A DNA stretch of 64,000 nucleotides, taken from positions 14,942,001 to 15,006,000 of the forward strand of contig CM102290.1 in NCBI GenBank assembly GCA_046563655.1, given 5' to 3'. Below are positions 39,130 to 53,600 of the stretch, piece by piece. The stretch is from Yuukianura sp. NJ FZ-2021 (lineage: Eukaryota). Position 1 is the stretch's first letter. Every line of letters begins with the position of its first letter. The notes below the pieces were generated by a model. That model worked only from the letters and a program-made list of their open reading frames with translations. It did not search any database and was not told where the DNA came from. Made by a program: the position numbers and the translations under genes.

Positions 39130-40015
39130 TTTTTTGAATTTGGAAATTAAGTTTGAATGGATGAAAAAGTTGAGGGATTAGTCCATTCAAAAATCCTCAC
39201 TTTTCTTCAAAACTTTTTCACTCTCATACAAACACACACATTTTCGGTAGTTTTTAATTTCGAAAAATTTCAACTTTGCAGCGATTTTGGTGGGTCCAGC
39301 GCTTGGATCTAGTCATCCGACATCGTTCTACACAATGTGAGGCCAAAATTTAAACAATCAAGAAACAGGAAGTATAGAAAAAAAACACACCATCAAAATT
39401 TTGACAGCTTTAGGGTGCTTTTTAGAATTTTTCACAAATTATACACATTTTTCTGAATTCAGGCGTGAAGAGATAAATTCTCTATCTCTTTCCGTTAAAA
39501 AGTTATGAATTTTTAAAGTTTTTTGAATTTTGGAATTAAGTTTGAATGGACGAAAAAGTTGAGGGATTAATCCATTCAAAAGTCATCACTTTTCTTCAAA
39601 ACTTTTTCACTCCCACACAAACACACTCATTTTTGGTCGTTTTTAATTTCGAAAAATTTCAACTTTGCAGCGATTTCTGGGGTTCCAGCGCTCGGATCTA
39701 GTCATACGACATCGTCCTATACAATTTGATGCCAAAATTTTAAAAAACAAAACAAGAGAAGTACTGAAAAAAATCACGCCATTAAAATTTTGACAGTTTA
39801 GCGATACTTTTTCTAAATTTTTAAAAATTCTACACATTTTTCTGAATTCAGGCGCGAAGAGTTTAATTCTCTATCTCTTTCCGTTAAAAAGTTATGAATT
39901 TTTAAAGTTTTTTGAATTTTGAAATTTTGTTTGAATGGACGAAAAAGTTGAGGGATTAGTCCATTCAAAAGTTGTCACTTTTCTTCAAAACTTTTTTACT
40001 GCCCACAAACACATT
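39130..40015. repeat. Tandem repeat, 389-bp unit, about 2.3 copies
   Basis: GTTTGAATGG recurs at 39151, 39540 and 39929. The units are alignable throughout. Confidence 0.92.
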
Positions 40016-40290
40016 CAGGTTCCATTTTTAGAGTGATGTCATTGTCATGGCGTTGTTTTTTTTTACCTAGGTATGTAAACATTTCTTCCAAACAAAAAAT
40101 TTCCAAGGCACAATTTCAATTTTACATCAGGCAGACAGAAATCAGTTTTCGACGTTTTAGTTTTATTGCAGATAACGAATTAACGCTTTATTTTTTTTCT
40201 TCACAAATTCAATCACTATTCAAACAACAACAATCAATTTCGTTAATCTTTCACTCTTCACTCCAAAGTCATCCTCAATTTTGGATCAGA

Positions 40291-41110
40291 ATGTCGTGTC
40301 GTGAAGGTTGTACCGCTTGCTGTGTCACTCCTCAGGAGGATCCATGTCCCTGCCCTCCAGGAATTTGTGTCGAACGGGTCAAGTCCATGAAACCGGCTTC
40401 GGATTTCGTACCGAGTTGCGCTCCGCTTTCAAGTTTCACGACGTACCGTGACTCTTACTTCCCGAAATGCGGCGAACGGACGCCATCGTTCAAGCCTGGC
40501 TCTAATGTGGACTTCTCTTGTGCCAAATTTGACGGTCTCACGACATATCGCAACAGTTTTTACCCCAAATGTGGTGTCGTCACGCCCTCTTTCCGGCCAC
40601 AAGCGGATTTCGAACCGTCGTGCAGCCCGTTCAACGGTCTCACGACATACAAAAACGATTTCTTGGCGTTCGAGATTGAGCGAGTCCGTCCGATTCGTCA
40701 GCAGTCGACGTTCGACCCCTCCTGTGCCAAGATGGACGGCATCACAACGTATCGCAACAGCTACATTCCGTACTGTCCCAACGAAATCGCAAGACAACCG
40801 TCCATGAAGAAGGTGGTGGATGTGGAATTCTCATGTGCTCCATTCCAAGGTAAAAACTGTAAAGAATTTTAAACTTTTAAACAAAACTTTCAACACAATT
40901 TAAAATTTTGAAATTGTAGGAATGACGACTTACCGTGGTGACTACTGGTGTAAACCGATTGTGCGTGAAGCTGCTCCAAAACGCATGGATCGCATAGCCT
41001 TCTCTGATGCTCCATTTGCTGATCGAACGACATACCGAAACGACTTTCAATCATTTTACTTCCGCACTTCCTGCGCACCACCTCCATGCGCCCCCAAAAT
41101 CTGCTGTTGA
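40291..41110 (+). CDS. SAXO/FAM154-like stabilizer of axonemal microtubules, Cys-rich, 249 aa
   Basis: Exons 40291-40849 and 40920-41110 (phase-1 GT-AG intron). Six repeats of about 34 aa, each containing a TTY(R/K)x(S/D)(Y/F) motif typical of SAXO Mn modules, with Cys/Pro-rich N- and C-termini. AATAAA at 41339-41344. Confidence 0.85.
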
Positions 41111-41338
41111 TGCTTCCAAATTCCTCTAAAAACTGGGTAACGTCAGGATTAACTTGGAATTTGCCATTTACAGCTTCAGTTTTTCTAAAAAACAACCAAA
41201 TTCAATTTCATTTCATGTTTTCAAACAGGTCCACTCAAAATTCTCAAGTCATTTCAAAGATTTCGGTACCTCTTGGCTCAAAGAGGACAAATCTACTTTT
41301 TGTACAAAGCAAAACGGGATTAACTACAAAAACTTAAA

Positions 41339-41344
41339 AATAAA
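41339..41344 (+). terminator. Candidate polyadenylation signal of the SAXO-like gene
   Basis: AATAAA about 230 nt after the stop. Confidence 0.55.
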
Positions 41345-41435
41345 CATTTCATGTAACAAATAGAAAACTTGAAAAATGGTAGTAAAGACTGACAAACCCC
41401 TTGGAGATGACAGCGTAGTTGAGGTTTTTAAAAAG

Positions 41436-41441
41436 TTTATT
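41436..41441 (-). terminator. Candidate Mob2 polyadenylation signal
   Basis: AATAAA on the - strand about 240 nt after the stop, followed downstream by a T-rich sequence. Confidence 0.55.
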
Positions 41442-41678
41442 CGTAAAACACAGGTTGAAATACTTTAGATTGTTATGTGAAGTTCTAATACATTTCTCTC
41501 CCCACTGCGGGACAGGTACGATCGTTCTTGTTTATAATTGAAAAGTCACAGGAACTGGATACGAAGGGTCTGTGTGGTTCGTAAGCCAGTGAGACTCCTT
41601 TCCTGCGACGCCTTCTAATACTACGCTTATTATTTGGATCATAATGACTTGTACCTAATGCTAGGATTAATTTGAAAC

Positions 41679-44600
41679 TTAATTAGTGTGCAGTTCCGAG
41701 TTGATGACTAAGGCAGGCGGTTCCTTGATGAGAAGTGAATCCGAGGAAGGAATAAATGTCGCTAGGGTGGAAGTTGACGTGTCGGATGTGGCCGTGGAGT
41801 CGAGGTGGATGCTGGAAGTGCTGGACGACGACTGGATGCCGTCCACGACGGACGACGGACTGAAGAGCCCTTGTCCCGACGATGACTTGGACAGACTGAT
41901 GTTCTCTTTGTTGGAATCACTCATGGGGTCATCCACCATCAAGTCACTCCTTATTTTCATTGCCAAAGACAAGTCCTAATGAGGAATCAAAGGATTAGTG
42001 TCAACTCATGTTAAAAAGTTAGAGCAAAGGTTAGGCAATAACTCTCACTTGCAATATCTCCGTCTCCTTCTCCTCAACCAACTTGAAGGACTCGTTGAAG
42101 ATCGTAAAGTGGGCAAACACACAGTTGAGATGGGCATGGAGGTTGAGGAGCACAATTTCCTTGAAGTGACAATGGTAAATATGAGCGATTACGTGGAACA
42201 TTAGGCGACATATCTTCTTCACAATTGGTTTGAATGAACTAGGAAACGCATTTGCTGAAAACAACAACAGAGGTCACTTGAGGTCAACCTCTCTCAAATA
42301 TTGTTGACTTTGAGACTCACTTGATTTGGTAGGAAATATAGACTCATCATTGATAGTCTTTTGGATGAATGTCATCACATAGTCTACGTACTGAGGCGCC
42401 GCAACTTTCACTTTCTTGCCCTTCTCATCAAACCACAGGTACGTTCTGAAAAAAAGTTACAGTTCAGATCCAGTAAATCAGAGAAAGAAAAGAGAAACGA
42501 AGGGAAGTTGAGTTGTTTATTATATTATTATATTACATTATTATATTATCTTATTATATTTTATATACTTGTTAAAGTTACCTTGTACAGGGACCTGTCA
42601 TGTCTGCACAAGTGGTGGATGTACAAAATTCAGAGATGGTTCCATAAATCAAATTCACATGTTCAAATAAGGAGATCGCTGAAAGGAAAGGAAATGAGGT
42701 TTCAATTGACTCTTTGATTTATTGTATTATTTGTACAAACTTACTATGAGAAGCCATCCATTCATTTTCATCTAATCCCAGTGGCATAGTTACCAATCGC
42801 TGTAACTCAGTCTCGTTAAGGTGACGTTCCAACAGCGCAGACTCCAGATACAGCTTCCCCTCGTCACTCGCTCCAGACAGCCCGCCGGATCCTCCTGACG
42901 AGTCCTTTTCCTTCCTCCGGGCCTTCCTGTAACAATCAAACACAACATTAATAAACTAAATACTTATTTATAATTACAAACTGAATTATAATTAATTACA
43001 ATAATTAAACAATTAGTTAACTACGGTCCCCCTCACATGATGCCCGCAGTCCCTGTCTTATCAATCACCCGCTCTTCCCCGTCAGTTTCACAACAGAACA
43101 AAATCAAAAGCACAAATGTAACCGAAAAAACCGATTTTCACCTTGACAGGTCTACTCATTTCTAAACCAAGAAAAAAGTGAAGTTTTCAACTCAAGGAAA
43201 CTTGCTTTAACGAATTTGTTTTTACGAAATACTCATACCGCTTGATCGTGATCCGTTGCCATGAAAACATGCCTATCCTTACTTCCTTTGAATTTCGTCA
43301 ATAAAAAACATCACCCAAAGTTCTCTTATTGGTCGATTTTTACATTCACCAAACTATTTTTATCAAAAATTCAGAGGAAACCAAACAGAATCTCAATCTT
43401 TTACTTTGTCTCCTTTGTCCTTTGTTCAAATTTGTCGCGCCACAGAAAAGTTTTATCCTATCAAAACTTCTCAAAATTCAAAATCCATCATCATCACAAC
43501 AAACCGTCTAAATCAATACGAATGAAGGTATAAAATTAAGGTTAAAAATACGTGTGTTAGTGATTAAAATTAGTCACATCACAAGGATCCATTTCCTACT
43601 AAAGTTGTTTATGACTCTAACATATCTAAAGATAACGTTTCACTCTGTCATCGTCAGCCACAGTCACGGCCAATTGTATCCCAGAAACTAAAAGTACCCT
43701 ATTTATCTGCGTATAACGCTCACTCAAATATCATTTCCAATCTCTAAAATAAGGCGATTACGGGCATGATCTTGGAAACGCGAAATTCAAATAGTAGTTC
43801 AAATTGTGGAACTTGTGAGCGTGAGGTATTTTAGTTATAGGTCACGTCACTTTTTGTGTCGGTACTGACCAGGGTGCGCAGACTAATGAATTGAGCGACT
43901 CCAGCGCAGACGCAACTAAGGTGGACATCCCGTCAACCAACTGTAAATGGACACTAACTACTGGCTTCTCCTGCACCAACCTGTTACTCAGACTTCCACT
44001 TTTGGGATCCGTCACCAGACTGCGCAGAATCGGAAAGGACAATGACCTTGGCACGGTCGGTCCAGTCGTGACCCCTGACCTCGGACCATGGACCTTCACG
44101 CTAGAATACTCATGCACAACACAAACGTCAATCGGACTTGACTTTTCCACTGGCTTCGGCTCACCCCCCAACCCCCCACTCATTATCCTGTCCTTGACCT
44201 CCACTTGACCTGGCACACTTTTAGTCCTCTCTGGAACTCTGTCTCGCTTGGTCTTTGTCCCTTTACCACGACAACAACCTCCGAACACTTGAAAACACAA
44301 CTTCAAAATCCCAGACATCAAACTACACTCCCACTTTCTCCAATCCTCTCCACTACTTTCACTAACATGGAACTGGGCAAAACCAACTACTGCCCAAATT
44401 CCCACTACAACTTTTTAAAAAACTTTAAAGTTTTGAAAACGTTTCAAAAGTAAAGTTGAAAACTGGATTGAGAAAAGTAGTGGAAGGGACGAGCGGAGTT
44501 GTGCAGTTGACAGTTCGTCATCCGTGTCCCTCCCACGGCTAAAACATTATGAAAATGACTAAAGTTGTAGCCACTGCCTTCATTCTTTTCAGTTCCACAA

Positions 44601-47600
44601 CATACAAGGCTTGTCCATGTACACTTTTTATCAAAAGTTGGCTGATTTTTAGTGCTTATCATCCTGAGATTAGCATGGATTGCAAATTATCCGCACAAAA
44701 CATGTCCAGTAGGAGGAAGAGCAGTGACCTAACAGCATCAACAGCTGCTCCTCCAGTGCGAACCGCCAAGAACGCATGCTCTGTTCAACAGAAATCTAAC
44801 ACTTTACAAATACGATTCCAACTAATTCAAATACATAACCTACAATTTCCACAAATCACAAAGTTTTGAATTGTGGGGCCAAATGAATGGAACTGTTGTG
44901 TGGATCCATTAATTAGTGCATCAATTGACACTCCAATTTCCTCTGCTCCCGTTTACATTCTCGCACGCGTCACAATATATCCTCCTATCGCTTTGCTCTC
45001 TCCAGAATTTCGCACTGCTGTGAGTCCACTTTTCGCACAATCTCCTCTATCACCCTCACTTTTCGCACGCTCTTCACCACTTTTCGCAATATCCTTATCT
45101 CAAATTTAGCAAACACGGAACCTATTAAAAAATTAACACAAAGTCATTCATTCTCCCGGGTTTTTGAGCAGCTCAAAAGTGGAACCGTTAAGTCCAAACG
45201 GAAGCGGAAACGATAGGAATGAATCGTAGTTAATTAAATTGTGGAGAGAAGGTCGTCATGAAATGTAGGTCAGAGGAAGTGCAGAGTACAGTACACTCAC
45301 GACTAACATCTTAATCTTCATCACTAAACACTCAAGTGATTGAATGTTTTAAGGGCTCATCCCCCTCCCTTCGTCACGCGTGTCATCAATTCAACTCCAC
45401 TTCCTAAGTCATAACCCCCTTTTACACTTACAAAACTAAAAGAAAGACAGGATTTTGTGTCTCACATGATTCCACTTTGGTAATTCAATTCCACTTTCAC
45501 ATGAGAAAGACAAGTGAAAGTGGGTTCCTCTACTACTTCACAAGGCCTCTTACATTTCTACAACTTACTCAAACTCAGTTTCAACTTTACAATTTTAACA
45601 TTTTTGCTCTTTTAACATATCCATATTTCAACCCAAGCCTTACATCTTCCACATAATAGTTCATGAATACAATGGAGCCTTAATCCTTGTTTCAACCTTC
45701 AAATTATTCCAGAATCCACAGAATATATTAAGCTTGTCCCGAATTTCCAAACATTTCACAATTCCAAAATTTTAGAAACCTTTCAAAATTTTCCAACGGA
45801 AGTCAACATGCTCCTTCTTCCGTTTAGTTTTAAGCTCTTGCAAACCCATTTTCTCGTCGTTTTGTGTTGACTAGATTTTAGTACTTTGTAGAAAAGCTGA
45901 AATTTAGAATCCAGAGGACACAGATGCCAATGGATTTAAAATTTGGAATTCCCTCAAAATCACTTTCTAAAACAGAACATTTTAATTTCAGTTTCATAGC
46001 TTTCTGCTCATCCGTCTCCAACTCATTTCCATTTCCACCACTCCTCACGTCCAAAACACAAATTTCAAAATCAACAAAAAATACAAAAGCATAAAATTAG
46101 ATTCTGGACACCTTAGCATGGCATTGTGCAAGACATTTGACTAAACCACCACAACATTTGACTAAAAAAGAACAAAGTTGAGCAGAGTTAAAGGTGCTTG
46201 TGTCAAAATCGTAAACTGAGGAAACATTGCATGTAAGTTGTAAAAGCTGCTCAGTTGTTAGTCCAAACCGGAATTGACTTGACACAGATCAGTTAGGAAA
46301 ACAAGACGAGAATAGGCTTTTACAACTCTCAAAAAAAAAAAAGATCTGCCATTTGGAAAAATTGAAGTTAGCAAAAATGGCAAAGTTGCTCACTGTGCAA
46401 ACAACCTGTGTACAAAACGTTTGTGAGTTAGGAAAAACATATGGTACGAGACACACATGTTTCTGGGTGTCTGTTTTAAGTAAACACCACAAAAAAAAAA
46501 AGTGGACAAAAAATGAACAATGAAAACAATTAGAATGTCCATTGTTAAAAACAAAAGAGAAGAAAAGGAGGTTTTAGGTTGCGATGACTTTCTACCACAA
46601 TCGTTTTACTTTACACTTGAATTTTGAGGCGGAAAATTTCAAAAAAATTATTCTCTTTTTTACTTTCAATTGTTAACGCCTATCCGGAATACGGAAATAA
46701 ATTTGAAAACGAAATCATTTGAAGCGACAATCCAAGGCCACTTGCTTTGACATTCTCAAAAAACAACAAAAACCTCCCACACGTCCCCATTGTTCTCTGC
46801 CAAAAAAGTTTTTTGTGCATTTCAATAAATTTTGCCAAAAACAGTTCATTTTTTCAACCCAAAAATTTACTTAGCAAAATCAGAAAAGGAAATTTTGGCA
46901 ATCAAAGTCCTCTAGGTCGCTAATTCCCAAATTTCACTTCCAAACTTTTTCTATTCCGCACCCGACATCCTGTTGAGTCACCTTGACACAAATTTCCTAA
47001 TTTTCAAAATTTAAAAAACTGTACGTTGCACAACCGACTACCAAGATCCCCCAATATGGTTCCGTGAAAGTATTTGAATTTGAATTTTGAATTTTGAGTA
47101 GAAATGACCCAATTCACGTCTTTTTGAGGATGTCATGAATGACCCATTAGCCTTTATAGGTCATCTCCCTCCGTTCTCATTTCATTGTTTGGAAAACGAG
47201 GCAAAACAGCCATCATAATCATAAACAATCATTTGACCCAACAAACACAAATCACGAACATTCCTGTCACCCCTCGAACAATTCAAGCCACAAACAATTC
47301 ACCCCACAAACAACATCGACCAAAACGGAAACTGTGTTCATGACAACATGACCAAAAACAAACTGTTCCTCACAGCATCAACTTTGTCCAATCACTCACT
47401 GCGGCTGCGCAGATCTTACCAGTTCAAAAGTTACTTCACCCCACCTCAGTGCATGGTGGGATGATTGAATTGCTCAAAAGTGTCACAGAGGATTACCACA
47501 TCTTACCCTAACAAATCTCACCCAGCTCAACCAATTGTCTGTCGCAAAAAAAAGTTACGCAATTGCATTATGTGAGCAAGAGGATGAAGGAAACGAGTCT

Positions 47601-50600
47601 GGTGTGCACTTCACCTTAATGGGACAGTCAGCCCCACTTACCACCCTCTCCAAGGTCAACTAATTCAGGTTGACCTCTCACTAGGATCTTCCGCCACAGT
47701 TGACCTCACCAACAACCTTATAAAAACCTACCTCAACACTAACCATAACTCTCTAAAAACACAACATTCACTAAAACAGTAAATACCCAGAACAAACCCT
47801 AATTTAAAAATTTAAAAAGTACTAGCATACCTACTCCTGCCGCCGCGCGACAGGGCCAAATACCCCCAACAACAAATTGCCCCACCGTCAAAATAATTTT
47901 TCCTAGTTGACCCCCGCCCCCTAATCTGATTAACCCCGATCTGTCATTCACCCACAACCAAGGCCCCACCCAACATTCTCCCTTCTGCACTCCAACCAAA
48001 ATCCGCCATCAATCACTCCACGACCAAAGTCGTGCTCTCCTTGCACTCCTCATTAAATAACTCAAATAACCAATCACAAAGCCCCACCAAACAATGGGAT
48101 ATTGCAGCAACTCCAATTTAAAACTTCCAAGGCCTCCCACCTCAGCAACAACAAGGCACAGAAACACTTGTTACGCATGGCACTAAATATCTCACTCAAA
48201 ACTGAGTTGCATCATATCTAGAGGTGATTAATTGTTGGACAGTGGATGGGAGTAGACAAGGGAAGTGACAAGGAATGGGCTATCCGGTTGGAAATTCAAA
48301 CAACTGTGACAATGAGGTTAAGAATAATAAGATCCTCTTCACTCTTTTACCAACAAACTCTCACCAAACAGTTAGGTACAGGGGTACAACAGTCCAACCT
48401 CAACACCAACTCAACCAAAGTGCAAACCCCAATTCAACCCTCCACCCCCACATCATTCTCACTTCAAAAAACTAAACTTCCTTCAAAACTCCCGCTCTTC
48501 TTACAAATTACTTTAAATTTTTATAAATCGGATTTCAGGATTTGACATCCGCCAAAAAGAAAGGCCGTTTTGGTATTTCCATGATTCAATCTCTGTGTGG
48601 CAAGACATGAAAAAAGCGGAGAAAGTCCTCCGCCTAACCTAACGAACAAAGATCCTCCTAAAAGTTAGGCTAGTTAGGCTAAAATCCATTAGGTTAGTTA
48701 GGCTAAGATGCATTGTTACAGAAGTGCGGGAAGCCCACCCCACTCCTAACTTTAATTCAATGTCCACCGACTTGATAAAATGGCCTCTTTTTCTAGGATG
48801 CTCAACGACACGAACACCACTCCACAAACGACTCTTGTACACAGTTTGAACCTTAAATCCAACAACATCCGCATCTCATGTCACTAACTCACCAAATCAA
48901 ATAGGAATCAAATCAACTTTCTAACTTCATCTTCATTTTACAACGTTTTTACACTCAAAAACTAGTGCATCTCCTTTTGACAGTGACCAAGCTTTCCATT
49001 GTCTGGACTACAACTTACTTCTCTACACTTTTCATGAACGAATATCACGCAACTCCAATTCTCAATTCACCAACAAAGTCCAGTTTCAATCACAAAAGCA
49101 CATTTACTCAAACACAACAGCGTTCCCAATTGCCTTTCCAAAAACTGCTCAAAACTAGTTTTTTCTCCTTTTTTCTGTAATAAGTGCAAATCCCATCACC
49201 CGCAATTCCTAACGACAGTAGCACAAAAACCAATCACACTCAAATCATTTCAAATCCAACATACTTTACAACTTTTCCAAAAAAAGGACAAAAATCAAGT
49301 TCATGAACTTTAGAAAAAAAAACGACTTGATTGTCCAGCAAGAGTCCGTCAATGTCACATGATTTGGAAAACGTCTTAATTTGCATCATTTTGCAACTCC
49401 CAAAGTCACTCAAAGTCCACTAATCTTCCAACTCCAAACTTCACAAAATTCCATTTTCTTATTAATCTTTTAAAATTTTGAATCCAACTTGACATTGAAC
49501 CGACTTTTGCCAAATCCTAGATTCTAAATTCAAAATTTCCTAAAATCCACTGTCCATTTTTGTGAACTCACCACGGCCACGGAATGGCAAAGTAGATTCT
49601 CTTGACCATGCAGCGACAAGTGATGACTAGGTGGGACAGTCCTTTGAGCACCACAAAGTGGGACGCCGTGGCATGGTGCCCACCGAGTCCAGACCCACCA
49701 CTACTCCCATTCGGCCCCACCGCAGTGAGTGGACAACTGTGTCCCACCATGTCCACCACCAACCTCTCTCTGGACCACTTCCCACTTCCCACCGCAAAAC
49801 AAGTCAGTTTGGAGTTCATACTACTTATAGCACAGAGTCCCACCGTGCCCCACCTGACCTTGTTCCCCAAGGTCAAACAATCCACTCAGTCTAAGTTTAG
49901 AGCTGAAATCCACAACTCTCAGTCTTCCCAATTCCAATTTCGCACAAAAGTTTAGACTAAAAGTTGGTTATTGTTGAGATGAAGGTGCTTAAGTGGGATG
50001 GAGGGAGTAACTAAGCGACTGATGGTCGTGCACAAGTAGTTGGCTGAGGTGAGTTGGCCCTGATGCTGGTTCTCCCAATTCAATGCTGCACCAGCATCCA
50101 CCTCCAACCCTCCCAGCACTTCCACACTCAACTCTCAAATTCAAATCATAACCTAACGATTTTGTGGGGGAAAGATGAACTCCTGAGCAGATCATTTCCC
50201 ACTACAACCATAGCCTCGCAATTTTAACATCCTAAATTTTAACAGTTTAACTCTAAGCTCAAATGCTAAAACTTTGAATGCGCTAAGTGGTCCCAATCCC
50301 TCATAACCTCTCTCTCACCTTCCTCCTTAAACTTAAATCTAAGAATAACTAAATCTTATTTTTAACATTTACAATTAAATCAACAAGTACGACCAACTTT
50401 TTAAAAAGGCTCCTTCCAAAATGTGCACATTCCAGTAAAACTTAAAGTTAGATTTATTCTGTGATTTTTAAGTAATGTCTAAACTGAAACAGTAAAAATA
50501 TTTTGAAAATGAGTAATTACACAAAGTAGAATTTAACGAGTCATGAACTTCCTTTTCCTCCGCTCTTCCTCTCTGAGACGATACGACATTTTCAGAAACT

Positions 50601-53600
50601 CACAACTTTTTCAAAATTTTCAAAATCTCAAAAAAGTACACATTTCCAAAAAAAATAGTTGGATCCAGGAAACAGGAAAAGAAAACGCAAATTCCCAATT
50701 GACTCAAAACTCCAAATCCATTCAACCCGGAAACCCACTAAATCCTCTTTTCCAGAATCCATGTCAAATGTGACGTTGTTAAACTTTAATCTGTTCTTCA
50801 GATCATGTCTTCCGCAAAAGGTGACTCCACCAATGACTTTTCCATTTGTTAGCCTAATGTTAACCTAACATTAAGTCCAATTCCACTTGAATGTCATTGG
50901 ACTCTACATGTATCTTCTGTCACGCTGCGCCATTACGTTGTCTAGCGTGTCCACTTCCGCTTCCCCCGCCCCCAATTCACGCCGGAAACAAATTATTAGC
51001 AACTCCCCCCCATACTCGCATCATCATTCAAAAATTCATAATTGGCCCTCAAATTTCCAAAATTCGCATATGCACAAACATTCCATTGTTTCACCAACTT
51101 TCCTCACAAATTACATTGTTCCTCACACTTCTTGTGAACCAGGGACATTCACATCCTTTTCCCCAAAAATAACGTAAATTTTAGGAAACTTTCCAAAAAA
51201 CTTAAAAGTGTGTCAGTTGACCTTTCTCCAAAAAGTAAAAAAATCCGCTCCTTTAATTGGTTGTGCATAAGTGGAGTGGTGAAGTGATTTGTCACCTTCT
51301 CCAAAACCCTGTTACTCACGCACTTACAAATTGACTTATGGACACTTTAACTATCACGAAAACCCATTAGCATTAGTTGACTAACCAAACACTTTTCATC
51401 TCAACACTTCACTCCAAATATCTACTAATAACCTATTTCCATTTCCAAAAAAAAAGTGTTTGAAATTAAAAAGTGTTTGATAGTCCAGCGGACAAACAGA
51501 CAGACTCACACACACTTTCCTTTATGTTTGGATTGAAAGATTGAAGCCACCAGTTAGTTAAATATGTTAATTAACTGGAGTTAACTTAATCCGCATAACT
51601 TTAGTTGCCATAATAAATTTAGTATTTGGGTTAATGTTAGTGTTGGAGAATGCTCACCTATTGCCGAGTCTTGCAGCGGCAGTAATTCCTGCTGCTGCTC
51701 CGGATATGAACGTGCTAACGTTTCTATAGAGAGACTGCAGTAGTGGTGGACCTGCCACGAGTGCCATCACACTTAATCAAAGTACAGTTAATTAAAGTGG
51801 AGTTAAGTTGTTTAGTTGTTTGTTAATTAAAGTAACCTCTGGACTTGGAGTGTAAATTAAAAGTATTGAGCTGTTTGAAAACAAAGGGAGTAGTAAACAT
51901 GGGTTTCCTTTGAAGTTTTCACTCCCTCACTTACTTTTACTAAATCAACTTCAACGTAACAATTGCCCATCAATACACCAATTTCTAACATCCTCCGCCA
52001 TAACACCAAACATAAACTCAAAACTAAAACACGGCCATTCAAAACAGCCTCAAAGTGCCAATTTGACACCATTTCAAACATCAATAACGTCGACCAGTGT
52101 AGTCTCAAGACGGTCGGTGACCCCCCATTGTCACTCCATGCACTCCATGACATAATACACGCTCAAAGTCTAGCCAAAACACAAAACATTACCCCAACAT
52201 CACTCACATTTCAATTCAACTTCTCAAATTTAATTCCACCAACTCATTCAAAATTCAAATTCAGAAACAATTCAATCAGAAACTGAGAATTCCTGGTAAT
52301 TCCTCCAACAAAAACATTGTTGAGCGTCTGGTTACCATTTTACATCACTTCTACTCAACTGTACCGTAAAACTTCCAATAAACAACCGGGCGTTTATTCA
52401 ATCTCAACTGTTACCAAGGCTTTAAGAGACCAAAGACCGGCGTTTAGCAGTTTTACGGTAATTTTAAAAGGCCCTTGACCAAAAGAGGAGCTTAAGATGT
52501 GATTAAGAACATGAATTCCATTTAGCAACTACACTCTCGACCAAATTATAATTCCAATTCCAATTTGCAATTGCAATTCCACAACTCAAATTACACAAAA
52601 CTCAATTTCACTCATTTCAAAATAACACTCTCCACTTTCCCATGAATTGAACAAATTAAAAACTTTAGCATCTCCCGCCGGAAATCCATACGGAAATTAG
52701 TAGTTTCATTGTCATTTTCCATAAATCCACATCAAAAGTACCAAATTCCATGCACGCCTCATTCACTCTTATTATTTTCCCTTGAATGAAGGAGGTTTGA
52801 ATCGTTCCCTTGTCTCTTCTCATTTCCTCTCCAAATCACACCTCTGAGCTAAGCCTCTTAAACACCTTCACAAAATCCACATTCACACTTTGCCAAATAT
52901 TCACAGAGACCTTGAATCAAGTCCTTTTAAACAACTCCCTTTGTGTAACCAATGGAACCTTCATAAATCATTTACACATTTACGAAACGTAAATACACAT
53001 TTACGAAATGTAAATCCACATTTACGTAATCACGCGTCATAACCCTAATATTCTCAGTTACACAAGTACAATCAGATTGTCATCACAAATTGTAAATCCA
53101 AGTTACGGAATTACACACTTTTACAAAATTGTTAGTTACAGATGGAAATTGGAAACTGTAACTAGAATTCCGTAAATTGCACTACATTGTAAATGGCATT
53201 TCGTAAATTGCACTACATTGTAAATGACATTTCGTAAATTGCACTACATTGAAAATGGCATTTTGTAAATTGCACTGCATTGTAAATGGCATTTCATGTA
53301 CGGCAATTCGTAAATTATAAATTACACGGAATATCACACTTGTTCCGTGAATTATGGAATCACACTTCTCTCAGAAATCTTCAATGATACGCCAACTTAA
53401 CAACTTACAATTCAGCACGAAATTTACACAGCCGCATAACTTAGCTTCATTTAAATTTTTACCAAAATTGCAACTTTGAATTCGACGCATGCTCAAAACT
53501 GCCATTTTAATTTTCCAACCACAATATCCTACTCACACAAACTAAAAACATGAGTTCCACTTTAATTTTAAAAGTGTTTAAAATTACGACACTTTTGAAA

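Noticed and set aside
40033..40290. N-terminal extension of the 279-aa ORF
   Set aside because: It starts at a GTG and has AT-rich, UTR-like composition. Protein-like sequence begins at ATG 40291.
12607..41979. Antisense and alternate-frame ORFs overlapping otopetrin, kibra, SAXO-like and Mob2 exons
   Set aside because: They are shadows of GC-richer coding exons with no independent support.
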